The notes under the pieces are model-generated. The model did no database searches, was not told the DNA's origin, and saw only the letters and a list, made by a program, of their open reading frames with translations. Below, piece after piece: positions 31,603 through 41,233 of a stretch of DNA of 64,000 nt (positions within the stretch are counted from its first letter, which is position 1; each line of letters begins with the position of its first letter). The stretch is taken from contig JAEOSZ010000011.1 of assembly GCA_016840095.1 (NCBI GenBank), forward strand, positions 27,506 through 91,505. The letters are read 5' to 3'. Made by a program: the position numbers and the translations under genes. Origin of the DNA: Candidatus Heimdallarchaeota archaeon. Its GTDB lineage: Archaea; Asgardarchaeota; Heimdallarchaeia; Heimdallarchaeales; Heimdallarchaeaceae.

Positions 31603-34593
31603 ATGACAATATCAGTTGAATCTAATTCAGATATGTACATCTTTGACAGCCTTATGCTATATAATTTTAAAATGCATAAGACTACAGATTTAAAGCTATC
31701 AGAAGTTCCAATTGTTGTCATTTCAGGCGCTAATGGGAGTGGAAAAACACAGATTTTGGAAGCTCTAATAATTGCAATAGGTCATGTCCCAAATAGAGTT
31801 TCATTGAGTACCTACAAAGAGGTTGTTGGTCCTTTTGACAAGTTCACTCAAATCAAACTTAAATTGAACAATCCACGATTAAGTGATAAAAGAGTTTTCA
31901 CAACTTCGGACCCTGATTTAATACCGTATGTTGAAGAAGATTTTTTCATTGTTGATGTAAAAATAAATCATGATGGAAATATTAGAAGAAAGATAGTTGA
32001 TAAGAGAGGAAAGGGAATAAACGTTACAAAGAAGCAAATCCAGATTCTAATGAGAAATATCGGAATATTTGACGATACCATGCTAAATTTTACTGAGGAA
32101 GGTTATCTTAGTTCTTTTGCCGATGGTTCCCCTCACAAGAAATTAGACAGTTTGCTAGTGGCAACAGGACTAAAAGAGATATTCAGTAGTTATATCAACT
32201 CAAAGAAAAAAGTTCAAGAGAAGGAGAGAGAGTATTCACCTTTAGTAATGCAATTAGAAAAAGAGGAGAATAAATTAGAGAGACTCAGAGAGAATTTTGA
32301 TAGAATACAGAAAAAGAGAGAACTCATCGAAAAATATGATTTCCTTGAGAGGGAGTTATTCTGGTTTAATGCTATGGAAAGTCAGAAGCATTTAGAAGAA
32401 TCAACTCAGAATCTTATTACTAAAAAGACTGAATTGGATGACATAGAAAAGAAGCTTGGTGCTTCTTTGATTGATCAAGAAAATCTTAGTGAAGAGGTAA
32501 AAAAAGTAGAGGAGTCTCTAGTTGATAGAAAGACCAAAATGAGAGAAATGTCTGACCAAAGAAATAGATTGGAAGGTCAGAAAGAAGAGAAAAATAGAGC
32601 AGTAGTATCTTCAAAAAATCAGATAAGAAATATTAATCAGAAATTGAGTGAATTTGAGAATATTCAAACTGATGAGGGATTAACTCAAAAAAGAAATTTG
32701 CAAAATCAACTGGATGATGTAAATAGAGAATTGTCTAGTCTGAACAGTGAACTACAAACTAGTCAGATAAATCTAAAAAACAAAGTTGTAGAAGAGGATA
32801 AAATTAAACAAAGAATTAACGAAAGATCTCAACTTTATGGAGAGTTATCCGATTATGAAAGAAAATTGATAAAGGACTGTATTTTATATAAAGAGAAAAT
32901 TCAAAATTCAGATTTTAAGGATGAAATAATCGGACCAATTTACGAAATAATTTCGATAAAGAAAGGGTTCGAGAATTATACTGAAGTTGTAAAAACATCT
33001 CTCGGAAGATCTCTTTTTGGATTTGTTGCTACTTCTCATAATGCATACAAAGAAGCAAAGCGAATCTATGATGAAGTTTTCCCCTCGTTTAAACCGAATT
33101 TCACAGTAGGGAGGGTATTAGAGGATGAAAAAGGTCCAAAACCTGATTACTTAACAAGCCAAATAATAGAAAATAAACCTGAAGGGATAATTGATTTTGC
33201 AGTCAATTTAATTGAAGCTCCATTTCAAGTTAAGCTATATTTAGTTAAATTTGTAAGGATACTATTAGGTTCTCCATCATTACCTCCGAATCTCTTAACA
33301 GATTATGCAAAGCAATTCAAAACTAACATTCTGACAACTGATTGTAACAGTTACTATCTCTCTCAAGAAGCATTCTCAAGACCACCAAGAAGATATAACT
33401 TAAAGTTGAGTTTAGATCTGAACAAATATCAGTCAATTGAAAGAATAAGAGAACAGCATCAATTAGTTCAATTTGATATCGAAAAGATAACAGAAGATAA
33501 AATCAGAATTACCAGAAGCTTAGCTGAATGTGAAGGTAATAAACGAGATTTAGAAACCCAATTGAAACCATGGAAAATGGGAGCTGACGAAATAGAGAAT
33601 GAATTTTTAAGATTACAGCAAATCAGAACCGCTGCAGAATCCTTAGTAAGATCAGAAACTGAAAACCTTACTAAACTAGATACAGAAATTACTAAACTTG
33701 CAGACAATATCATTGTAATTGAGAAAACTGTATCTGAAGAGCAGAAAAAATTCGATGTAGTAAGAAACAAGTTGAATAATTTAAATCAAGAAATCAAAGA
33801 TTTTTCAGCTGAAAAAAATAAACTTATACGAATGATAGATTTTCTTGAAATAGAAGTATCTGATCTCAAAACAGCATTTGAAACACTAAATGAACAAGCT
33901 GTTCAGAAAGGAGAACCTCCAGAAAATATCCGCTCTGATAAAGAGGAGATCTCCTCAGAATACAATAAAATTAAAGGACAATTAGAATTATTAGATATTA
34001 CCCCTGAAGTATCACAGGAAAGCATAGAAAAACAAGAACAACATGTCAATATCCTTCGTGATGAAGTGAAAAATACAGAAGTTCATTTGAATAATCTGAA
34101 AGAAGATTTAGATAAAAGAATCAATGAGTGGGAAGGAGGACTTCACAATATTGTAGAACATTTGAATAAGATGTTGAGCTTGCTTCTTCAAGATATCTTT
34201 GAGAATGTATCTATACAAATTCGAAATTATAATGATGAAAAAAATGCAGGGTTACATATTGAAGCAGAAACTAAAGGAGATAATAGAAAATATAGACAAC
34301 TCTCTGGGGGAGAAAAAACACTATTAGCTCAAGCGATAATTCTTGCGCTGCATATGATTAACCATTCTCCAATACATGCAATAGATGAGTTTACTCAAAA
34401 GCTTGATAAAAGGAATAAGGCTCTTGCATTTTCCATGGCTTTAGCAACATATAGAATTTCAAAAGAGAGTAGGATAATTACCCCTCAATTTATACTTATA
34501 ACACCCTCTCTCGATGATGTAGAACTCTCAAAAGAATTCGCTCATAAGGTTTTGATAGAGAGTAAAGTTAAGACTCCTGAGGTGAAAACTTGA
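31603..34593 (+). CDS. SMC-family ATPase, SMC5/6-like
   Basis: LYNFKMH, Walker A GANGSGKT, coiled coils, hinge IIGPIYEII...SLGRSLFGFV, signature LSGGEKT, Walker B/D-loop AIDEFTQKLD, QFILITP. Confidence 0.88.
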   Translation: MTISVESNSDMYIFDSLMLYNFKMHKTTDLKLSEVPIVVISGANGSGKTQILEALIIAIGHVPNRVSLSTYKEVVGPFDKFTQIKLKLNNPRLSDKRVFTTSDPDLIPYVEEDFFIVDVKINHDGNIRRKIVDKRGKGINVTKKQIQILMRNIGIFDDTMLNFTEEGYLSSFADGSPHKKLDSLLVATGLKEIFSSYINSKKKVQEKEREYSPLVMQLEKEENKLERLRENFDRIQKKRELIEKYDFLERELFWFNAMESQKHLEESTQNLITKKTELDDIEKKLGASLIDQENLSEEVKKVEESLVDRKTKMREMSDQRNRLEGQKEEKNRAVVSSKNQIRNINQKLSEFENIQTDEGLTQKRNLQNQLDDVNRELSSLNSELQTSQINLKNKVVEEDKIKQRINERSQLYGELSDYERKLIKDCILYKEKIQNSDFKDEIIGPIYEIISIKKGFENYTEVVKTSLGRSLFGFVATSHNAYKEAKRIYDEVFPSFKPNFTVGRVLEDEKGPKPDYLTSQIIENKPEGIIDFAVNLIEAPFQVKLYLVKFVRILLGSPSLPPNLLTDYAKQFKTNILTTDCNSYYLSQEAFSRPPRRYNLKLSLDLNKYQSIERIREQHQLVQFDIEKITEDKIRITRSLAECEGNKRDLETQLKPWKMGADEIENEFLRLQQIRTAAESLVRSETENLTKLDTEITKLADNIIVIEKTVSEEQKKFDVVRNKLNNLNQEIKDFSAEKNKLIRMIDFLEIEVSDLKTAFETLNEQAVQKGEPPENIRSDKEEISSEYNKIKGQLELLDITPEVSQESIEKQEQHVNILRDEVKNTEVHLNNLKEDLDKRINEWEGGLHNIVEHLNKMLSLLLQDIFENVSIQIRNYNDEKNAGLHIEAETKGDNRKYRQLSGGEKTLLAQAIILALHMINHSPIHAIDEFTQKLDKRNKALAFSMALATYRISKESRIITPQFILITPSLDDVELSKEFAHKVLIESKVKTPEVKT

Positions 34594-35357
34594 CTGATCA
34601 AGATATAATTGATGATACTTCAGATATAATTTCAACCTATATAGAGGAGAATAGAGAATGGGTTGAGAATATATTTCAACTTGTTTTTGAGCTCAAGAGG
34701 AAATATGGTAAGTCAATAAGAAAGAAGGAAATTGTACAATTGATTGAATCTGAAGAGGATCGGTCCAAAGTTTCTGATGCTTATATATATTTGCAGAGTA
34801 AAAAAGAAAGTATTCTGGATTCAGCTCTTTATGAAGATTTCATCAAAATGAATGAATTAAGAGAAAATGATCTTTTAGAACAACTCCTTTATCCACATGA
34901 AAGACTAAAAACTTTCGCAGATAAAGTAAAAAGTTTGTGTATTCCAATAACATATTTCTCAGGAACAACTAAAACATCCTATGAGGAACCTTTAAACAAT
35001 TTAACTGAAGAAGTAATAAATTTAGAATCAATGGAAGATATTAAGAATTTTTTGAATAAATATCAATCTTTCATGGAGCATCTATCGATAAATTTTCTAG
35101 ATAAAGGTGACATCTTGAACATTGAAAATGAAATTAAGGAAAAGCTAGTAGGTAAGAAAATCAAGAAGAATAAGATGAACGAGCTCTTAACAACTTTAGA
35201 AGCTGAAGTTTTATCCAAATTAATAAGTGAAAAGAAAATTCAAGTGATTTTGAATGATGATGAACTAATTTTTCAAAACGAATTAGAAGAAGAATCTGAA
35301 GTTATTTCAAGTTCAGTACTTCTCTCACCAAAAAATACGAATGAAGAAAGTGAATGA
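34590..35357 (+). CDS. Putative kleisin (Nse4/ScpA-like) subunit
   Basis: TTG start overlaps the SMC stop, with a GAGGTGA SD; helical N-terminus; C-terminal LSKLISEKKIQVILNDDELIF resembles the end of a kleisin winged helix. Confidence 0.5.
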   Translation: MTDQDIIDDTSDIISTYIEENREWVENIFQLVFELKRKYGKSIRKKEIVQLIESEEDRSKVSDAYIYLQSKKESILDSALYEDFIKMNELRENDLLEQLLYPHERLKTFADKVKSLCIPITYFSGTTKTSYEEPLNNLTEEVINLESMEDIKNFLNKYQSFMEHLSINFLDKGDILNIENEIKEKLVGKKIKKNKMNELLTTLEAEVLSKLISEKKIQVILNDDELIFQNELEEESEVISSSVLLSPKNTNEESE

Positions 35358-35965
35358 TTATGGAAGAGAATCATCTGGAAGAGCCTATTGAAGTTAATGA
35401 GGTTGTAGAAGAAAATAATTTTCTACCTTCTTCTATATCAGATGAGGAAAAAGGAGAACTCTTTAGAGAACTTACAACAATTTTATCCAGAAAATGGGTA
35501 AAAGAAAAAGTTACAGTATTTGGATGTTCAGAGCTTGATTTATTATTAGCAACTCGCTTCGATATCCAAACCTTGAGAGAAACAATTGATGAATACAGAT
35601 CATTTGTTCAGATCTTAGGTCTCAATGTCATTGAATATGATATGAATGGAGAAAAATGGTATTGTCTTAGATCTTCACATTACGCTCCATCCGATTTACA
35701 ATCAGCTGAATTGATTGTTTTAGGAACTATCATTGCTTATCTGGAAAGTGATAGAGATAAACCAATAACTACTGAAAGAATAAAAGAGAAATTAGTAATT
35801 ACAGGAAAGATGAAAGAATATCTTGTAGAAAATAGTCTGAGGAGATTAACAAGGCTTGGGTATATTAAGAAAAAGCAAAGTGAGTGGGACTATAACTACA
35901 GAACATTCATAGAATTTGGTGAAGATGAGAGGGAAAAAATCGTTGAGGAGTTCAGAAGGATTTGA
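35354..35965 (+). CDS. KITE (Nse1/Nse3-like) tandem winged-helix protein
   Basis: LRETIDEYRSFVQILGLNVIEY...KWYCL (WH-A) and AELIVLGTII...VENSLRRLTRLGYIKK...YNYRTFIEF (WH-B). Confidence 0.7.
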   Translation: MIMEENHLEEPIEVNEVVEENNFLPSSISDEEKGELFRELTTILSRKWVKEKVTVFGCSELDLLLATRFDIQTLRETIDEYRSFVQILGLNVIEYDMNGEKWYCLRSSHYAPSDLQSAELIVLGTIIAYLESDRDKPITTERIKEKLVITGKMKEYLVENSLRRLTRLGYIKKKQSEWDYNYRTFIEFGEDEREKIVEEFRRI

Positions 35966-36417
35966 AGGGACAAGAAGCAATCTACTGCTATATCAGGTGT
36001 ACTTTCTGTAATCAGATGAAAACTCTAAAAGATGCTGCTCTAGAAGGATGGGAAGTCTGCAACAGATGCCAGTTAGTTTTCTGTGATGAATGCAAAAAAG
36101 CTAATGAGAAAGAAGAATTATGTCCAGGATCTGTTTACACAACAAAACATTCAGCAAATTTTGACCTTCTTCCAGTTGAACAAATAATTGAAACTGCAAA
36201 TAGCATTGAAAGGCAACCAAAGGAAAGCAAGTTTATATCAAAAATCTTCTTTGAAGATGAAAAGAAAAAAATTGAAGTCCTTAGAAGAAATAATAAGAAA
36301 AAAGATTCAGCTGATTTTAGTATTGTTAGATTTCGAGAAGAGCAATGGAGAAAATTTGGTACTGTTTTAGTTAAGAGGAAAGATGGTAAATTTCTAACTT
36401 GGGGTCAATTAGAATAA
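35962..36417 (+). CDS. RING-like two-zinc finger protein
   Basis: CTFC-x16-CNRC-x4-CDEC-x9-CPG...H; start overlaps the KITE stop. Confidence 0.65.
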   Translation: MKGQEAIYCYIRCTFCNQMKTLKDAALEGWEVCNRCQLVFCDECKKANEKEELCPGSVYTTKHSANFDLLPVEQIIETANSIERQPKESKFISKIFFEDEKKKIEVLRRNNKKKDSADFSIVRFREEQWRKFGTVLVKRKDGKFLTWGQLE

Positions 36418-36450
36418 GAAAAGAAAAATGAAAAAAGAAAAGGTAGGAAA

Positions 36451-39327
36451 TTAGATTCCAGTTATTGCTTCTGCACGAGAACCTAGTATCACATTTGTGA
36501 TGAAGAGACTGATTATCTGTAATAACATCAGAAGCACACCAATGGCGCAGAAAATCTGGAATTTTAATGGATTCCATGCCATGTACCATGTGATTGTTCC
36601 AGCTCTCGCTGACAGTATCAGAAATATAGTCGTTGAAACTTCTGACAAACAGTACAGGAATGAAACTAAAGATCCTGCAAATACATTCAGTGAGATTAAT
36701 GGAATAGTAATCTTAGCGAAAGTCTTCATTCTTGATGCACCTAAATTAAATGAAGCCTCCTCTAAGACTTGGTCTACTTGTTGTAACCCTGCATAAGCAG
36801 AACGAACCGTAAATGGTATTTTCCGTATAGTGTAACTCATCACCAACAGAGTTATTGCAACTCCTACAAAGGGATCTAACCTTAATCCTGCCGTAATTTT
36901 CGCCATCATGTTGTTGAATCCAGTTGGATTTGCAGATGCTATTCCACTCCAATCAAATGTTCTATAATACCCGATTGCTAGCACGATTCCTGGAATTGCA
37001 ATAGGTATAGTAACAACTGCATCTAGTATTTGTCTTCCTCTGAACTCCTTTCTACTTACAACATATGCAGCAAGTGAGCCTATTATAATGATAATTAATA
37101 CAGCAAGGACACTATAGACAAGCGTATTAATAATATAAGGAGGTATATTATATTGTGATTCCGTAAAGATGTCTTTGTAATTTGAACCCGTGAATGATAT
37201 ATCTGAAGGTCGCGTGCCACCTAGTGTTTCTAGAAATGACATCAGTATAACTCCTACATGTACAAGCAAAGAGAATGTAAATAACAATATCAAAAATGGA
37301 TAGATTATAAGCAGTTTCCATCTTGCTTTGGATAGCCTATATTGTCCTGCTCTTCCTTTACTTACCATTGAATATGTTTTTAGAGATACATATTTTCTAA
37401 TTGCAAAGAATCCAATAAGGGCTATAATTAGAAGTATCGCTCCAAGAACACAAACTTCAGGCGTGATCTCAACTGACCCCGCTTTGGAAAAATTTTCAAA
37501 AACATAATATGGTAGGAATTTCTTAGCTTCAGCATCTCCCATTGCTGCAAAGATAATTGGAGTACCTACATCCTCCATAGAAAGGATTAGTACTAAGATT
37601 GCACCAGCTCCTATCCCAGGCATTGCCAAAGGTAAAGTAACAGAACGGAATAATCTAAAACTTCCAGCTCCAAGATTCTCAGCTGATTCTTCCATACTAG
37701 GATCGATATTTAAGAATGAAGAAAATGCATTAAGGTAGACTAAAGCATAGAAATGAGAAACCTGAACGAATACTATAGCAAACATTCCAGAGAATATTAA
37801 CTTTGTTTGAAATAATGGTATAAGTAAGAAATTATTCAAGAAACCATTCGGTCCTAAAATTAGTCTGAATCCCATACCTGAAATGAAAGGAGGTATAATA
37901 AGTGGTGCAAGAGCAAGAACACTTACCAATTTCTTTCCTGGGAATTCAAATCTGGCTAGAACAAATGCTAAAGATGTTCCTAGTATGACTGAAAAGATAG
38001 TTGTCATAAAACCAAGTATTATTGTATTAAGTACTTCACCATGATCTTTACCACTCAGAGTTATTACAGTAATTTCAACTGTATCTTCATACTCTGCAAT
38101 TAATGGCAGACTAACAGCAACTTGGGAAATATCTAAGATTACGGTTCCACCCTTTAACTGTGAAAGGAACAATAGATTATTAGTCGTATCTATATAGAAA
38201 TCACTTGTTCTAAATACAGCTGTGGTATATTCATTCAAATGTATAAAATTAGAAATGTTTGTAACATCAAATACTTGAATACCATAAGAGAAAGGAAGAC
38301 TATCATCTAATGAAATGAAGTACCCTAAATTACCCAATATCTCAACTTCATAGAGCTCACCAACTTCTGCATCAGTGTAATGTTCAATCAGCACTAGGTT
38401 TGATGGATCGGAAATATTGAAAATTCCTAAACCTTCTTCAGCTAGTGTTATGTAAGCAATATCTCCCACTATGTCAATATCCTGAGTTGGTAGTGGGTCG
38501 ATGATTGAAAGAGAATCAGTTGTGTGATGATAAGCAAGAACTGGAAGACTAGGGTCGGTTATATCATAGATTTTAACTCCAGTTGTATAACCTACAACAT
38601 ATAACAAATTATTGTCAACAAAAATCTCATCTGCATCAGTGGCAACATCTGTTACGTTTAATACAACAGGTTCAAATGGATCTGTAATATCAATAATTGC
38701 AAAACCCTTTCCATTAACATCTAAAAATGCTAGATTATCCTCCACTAACAGAAAATCTGTATTGTTAGCTAAATCATAAATGTGACACATTGGAGCGAAA
38801 CTTTCATACACATCAGATATGTTGAAAATTACTAGACCACCTTTTCCTGCAGCAGTGTACAGAAGATCATCAACAATAACCATTTCATTAAAACCACTGA
38901 TTTCCTCATAGTATTGCCGTACTTCCGTAATCTCAGATGGGTTCGTAATATCTAGAATTTCTATACCATGACTTCTTTCAGCGCTAAAAACAATATTTCC
39001 ATCAACTGAAACAGCTGCAGCAGGTCCTCCAAAATCTTGTTTGTCTTTAGAGAAGAATTGCGTTTGATTATCTCCCGGAAAATTAAAGAAACGTTCTGAA
39101 AAAACATTAGCTATCGGAGCTCCAGAAAATTGTCCATTGAAATAAACCGCTCCTGTTAGAACTGAGAATAGTGGGATAATCATCCAAACAATAAAAATGA
39201 ATGCCACAAGAACTATTATGAAATTTGTCGACGGTTCTCGTAATAATTTGACATAAAGAAAATCAATAATTGATCTTCTCTTTTTTACTTTTCCCTCTTC
39301 ATTTGATTTATCACTAGAGCTAGCCAT
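36451..39327 (-). CDS. Fe3+/thiamine-type ABC permease with an inserted LVIVD beta-propeller
   Basis: Two permease halves with EAA-type motifs (SMEESAENLGA, VLEEASFNLGA); repeats such as GIEILDITNP, GLVIFNISD, GFAIIDITDP, GVKIYDITDP, GLGIFNISDP after TM1. Confidence 0.88.
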   Translation of the reverse strand: MASSSDKSNEEGKVKKRRSIIDFLYVKLLREPSTNFIIVLVAFIFIVWMIIPLFSVLTGAVYFNGQFSGAPIANVFSERFFNFPGDNQTQFFSKDKQDFGGPAAAVSVDGNIVFSAERSHGIEILDITNPSEITEVRQYYEEISGFNEMVIVDDLLYTAAGKGGLVIFNISDVYESFAPMCHIYDLANNTDFLLVEDNLAFLDVNGKGFAIIDITDPFEPVVLNVTDVATDADEIFVDNNLLYVVGYTTGVKIYDITDPSLPVLAYHHTTDSLSIIDPLPTQDIDIVGDIAYITLAEEGLGIFNISDPSNLVLIEHYTDAEVGELYEVEILGNLGYFISLDDSLPFSYGIQVFDVTNISNFIHLNEYTTAVFRTSDFYIDTTNNLLFLSQLKGGTVILDISQVAVSLPLIAEYEDTVEITVITLSGKDHGEVLNTIILGFMTTIFSVILGTSLAFVLARFEFPGKKLVSVLALAPLIIPPFISGMGFRLILGPNGFLNNFLLIPLFQTKLIFSGMFAIVFVQVSHFYALVYLNAFSSFLNIDPSMEESAENLGAGSFRLFRSVTLPLAMPGIGAGAILVLILSMEDVGTPIIFAAMGDAEAKKFLPYYVFENFSKAGSVEITPEVCVLGAILLIIALIGFFAIRKYVSLKTYSMVSKGRAGQYRLSKARWKLLIIYPFLILLFTFSLLVHVGVILMSFLETLGGTRPSDISFTGSNYKDIFTESQYNIPPYIINTLVYSVLAVLIIIIIGSLAAYVVSRKEFRGRQILDAVVTIPIAIPGIVLAIGYYRTFDWSGIASANPTGFNNMMAKITAGLRLDPFVGVAITLLVMSYTIRKIPFTVRSAYAGLQQVDQVLEEASFNLGASRMKTFAKITIPLISLNVFAGSLVSFLYCLSEVSTTIFLILSARAGTITWYMAWNPLKFQIFCAIGVLLMLLQIISLFITNVILGSRAEAITGI

Positions 39328-39492
39328 TTTTTTTCAACCAAATTTGGATAGATAGTGATGTAATATCTTAATGCTTTTTGAAGTTTATCCCTAGTTTTTA
39401 TATAAACAATTATTAAAATTAAGCTTACTTTTAGTTTACTTTACCTAGCTTAACATGATAAATATAGAAAAAAAGGGAAAAGGGAGGTATGT

Positions 39493-40986
39493 TTATTTCT
39501 TTTTCTTCCTGATTAAAACCAATGTTGCTACAAAAATTGTTGTAATGAAAACAGGTATCATTGCAAATGCGTTTGTTTTAGTTGTAGTTGGGTTAAGGAA
39601 GTTCAGTATTGCATTATATTTTGCTACAGCAAAACTATACCATTCACCATCTTTTTGAGCTGAGAAAAGTGGATCATCTTGATATTGTTCATTCCAATCA
39701 ATTGATTCTTGCTCAGTCATTGTTACGGCTCCAAGATCGTCAACCAGATCAAAGAACGTAGTACTGTTGATAGTCAAATCTTCGAGTTGAGTAACCATTT
39801 GACCCCATGTGTTTCTTAAAAGTGTATGTGGTTCTGTGATTGTGTTATGGAAATAGTAAATAGTTGTATCTAAATTCTCTGTTGCAAGTGTCTCATTGAA
39901 ATCAATACCTTCATTGTTAAGAGTTTCAATGAATAAGGCTTTGTGGTAAGGTTTTGTCAAACCAAAAGGAGTATCAAAAGCTGTTTCATTAACGGGAAGT
40001 CTATCTAGACCTTCTGTTAACCAAACTGCTTGACCTTCAGGAGTATTAACGTATGTTAGGAAAGCTACTGCTTTATCATAATCATCACAGTTAATTCCCA
40101 TAGCAATTGGATCACCATTAACAATTGATTGACCTTGTGGAATAATATATTGACAACTTGGATTTTCTCTATTAGCAATAACTCCATAGAAATCTATAGT
40201 CATTGCTATACCTACTTCACCACTTACGACAGCAGCTCTTGTATCAACTGATCCGGGATAGATTCCTGAGTTAGCACCCATTCGAGTCATAATTGACCAT
40301 CCTTCTTCCCAGCCAAAAGCTTGGAGTATGATTTGGTAAATTCTTGTGTTTGAAGTAGTTAAAGGAGGATCACCCATACTTATTGCTTTGACACTTGGAC
40401 TGATGTAATATGCTGGACTAGCCAATTCTTCCCATGTAGATGGTACATCTAAACCATAAGTATCTAAGAAATCATGATTTACTGTAAATCCAAAAGAAGA
40501 GATAGCATTTGCTGCCCAGATAATACTTCCATTTGCTGCAAAAGATTTCATCGCTGCACCTGCAAGTTCATTTGGAACACTTTCATTTATTGCGGTAAAC
40601 AATGTTGCATCAGTGACTGGGTCAATGTGTTTTAATAAGCCCCATTTCTCAACTGTGTTGAATAATGCGGGACCACCACCCCATGCAATATCTACTGATT
40701 TAGAAGGATCTTCCAAAAGTGTTTTCCATCCTGAATCTGTAGAAGCTTGTCTAAAATCAAAGTCAGTTACTGTCATCCCAAAAGTATTGTATGATGAGGC
40801 AACGAAAGCTTCTGCGAATGCTCCTGTTAAGGTAGAATCATGGCGAGTAACAAATTTTAGAACACCAGTAGCATCTTCTATTTCTGTAGGAGCTACAGCT
40901 GTATTTGCACTAGTTATCAAAACTGTTGACCCTGCAGTTAATGATGCAATCAAAAAAACTAGAATAGCTATTCTTTTTATATTCAT
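39493..40986 (-). CDS. ABC transporter substrate-binding protein (Fe3+/thiamine class), C-terminally anchored
   Basis: Signal peptide, DIAWGGG, PSTWEELASP, GWEEGW, IDFYG, PEGQ; C-terminal TM plus RKKKK. Confidence 0.88.
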   Translation of the reverse strand: MNIKRIAILVFLIASLTAGSTVLITSANTAVAPTEIEDATGVLKFVTRHDSTLTGAFAEAFVASSYNTFGMTVTDFDFRQASTDSGWKTLLEDPSKSVDIAWGGGPALFNTVEKWGLLKHIDPVTDATLFTAINESVPNELAGAAMKSFAANGSIIWAANAISSFGFTVNHDFLDTYGLDVPSTWEELASPAYYISPSVKAISMGDPPLTTSNTRIYQIILQAFGWEEGWSIMTRMGANSGIYPGSVDTRAAVVSGEVGIAMTIDFYGVIANRENPSCQYIIPQGQSIVNGDPIAMGINCDDYDKAVAFLTYVNTPEGQAVWLTEGLDRLPVNETAFDTPFGLTKPYHKALFIETLNNEGIDFNETLATENLDTTIYYFHNTITEPHTLLRNTWGQMVTQLEDLTINSTTFFDLVDDLGAVTMTEQESIDWNEQYQDDPLFSAQKDGEWYSFAVAKYNAILNFLNPTTTKTNAFAMIPVFITTIFVATLVLIRKKKK

Positions 40987-41233
40987 TTTCTAATCAACCT
41001 TTTTTTTGATATAATCTATATCAAATTACATTTTTGCATTTAGACTATAAAGTTTTTGCACTATCGACAAAAGTTCTCTTAGGCTTATGCCAATAAGAAG
41101 TACTATAATCTTATTTAAACTCCCATACATTGATACTTTTAGCTTTTTCTCTATAAAAAAAATAGTTGTCATACAATAAAACTCAATAATAGCTAGTGGC
41201 TACTTCTTTTAAATTGAATAAAATAGTGATAAT

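Noticed and set aside
31603-36417. Wadjet/MukBEF or Rad50-Mre11 system
   Set aside because: No JetD TOPRIM nuclease or Mre11, no CxxC zinc hook, and the hinge and Walker B are SMC5/6-like.
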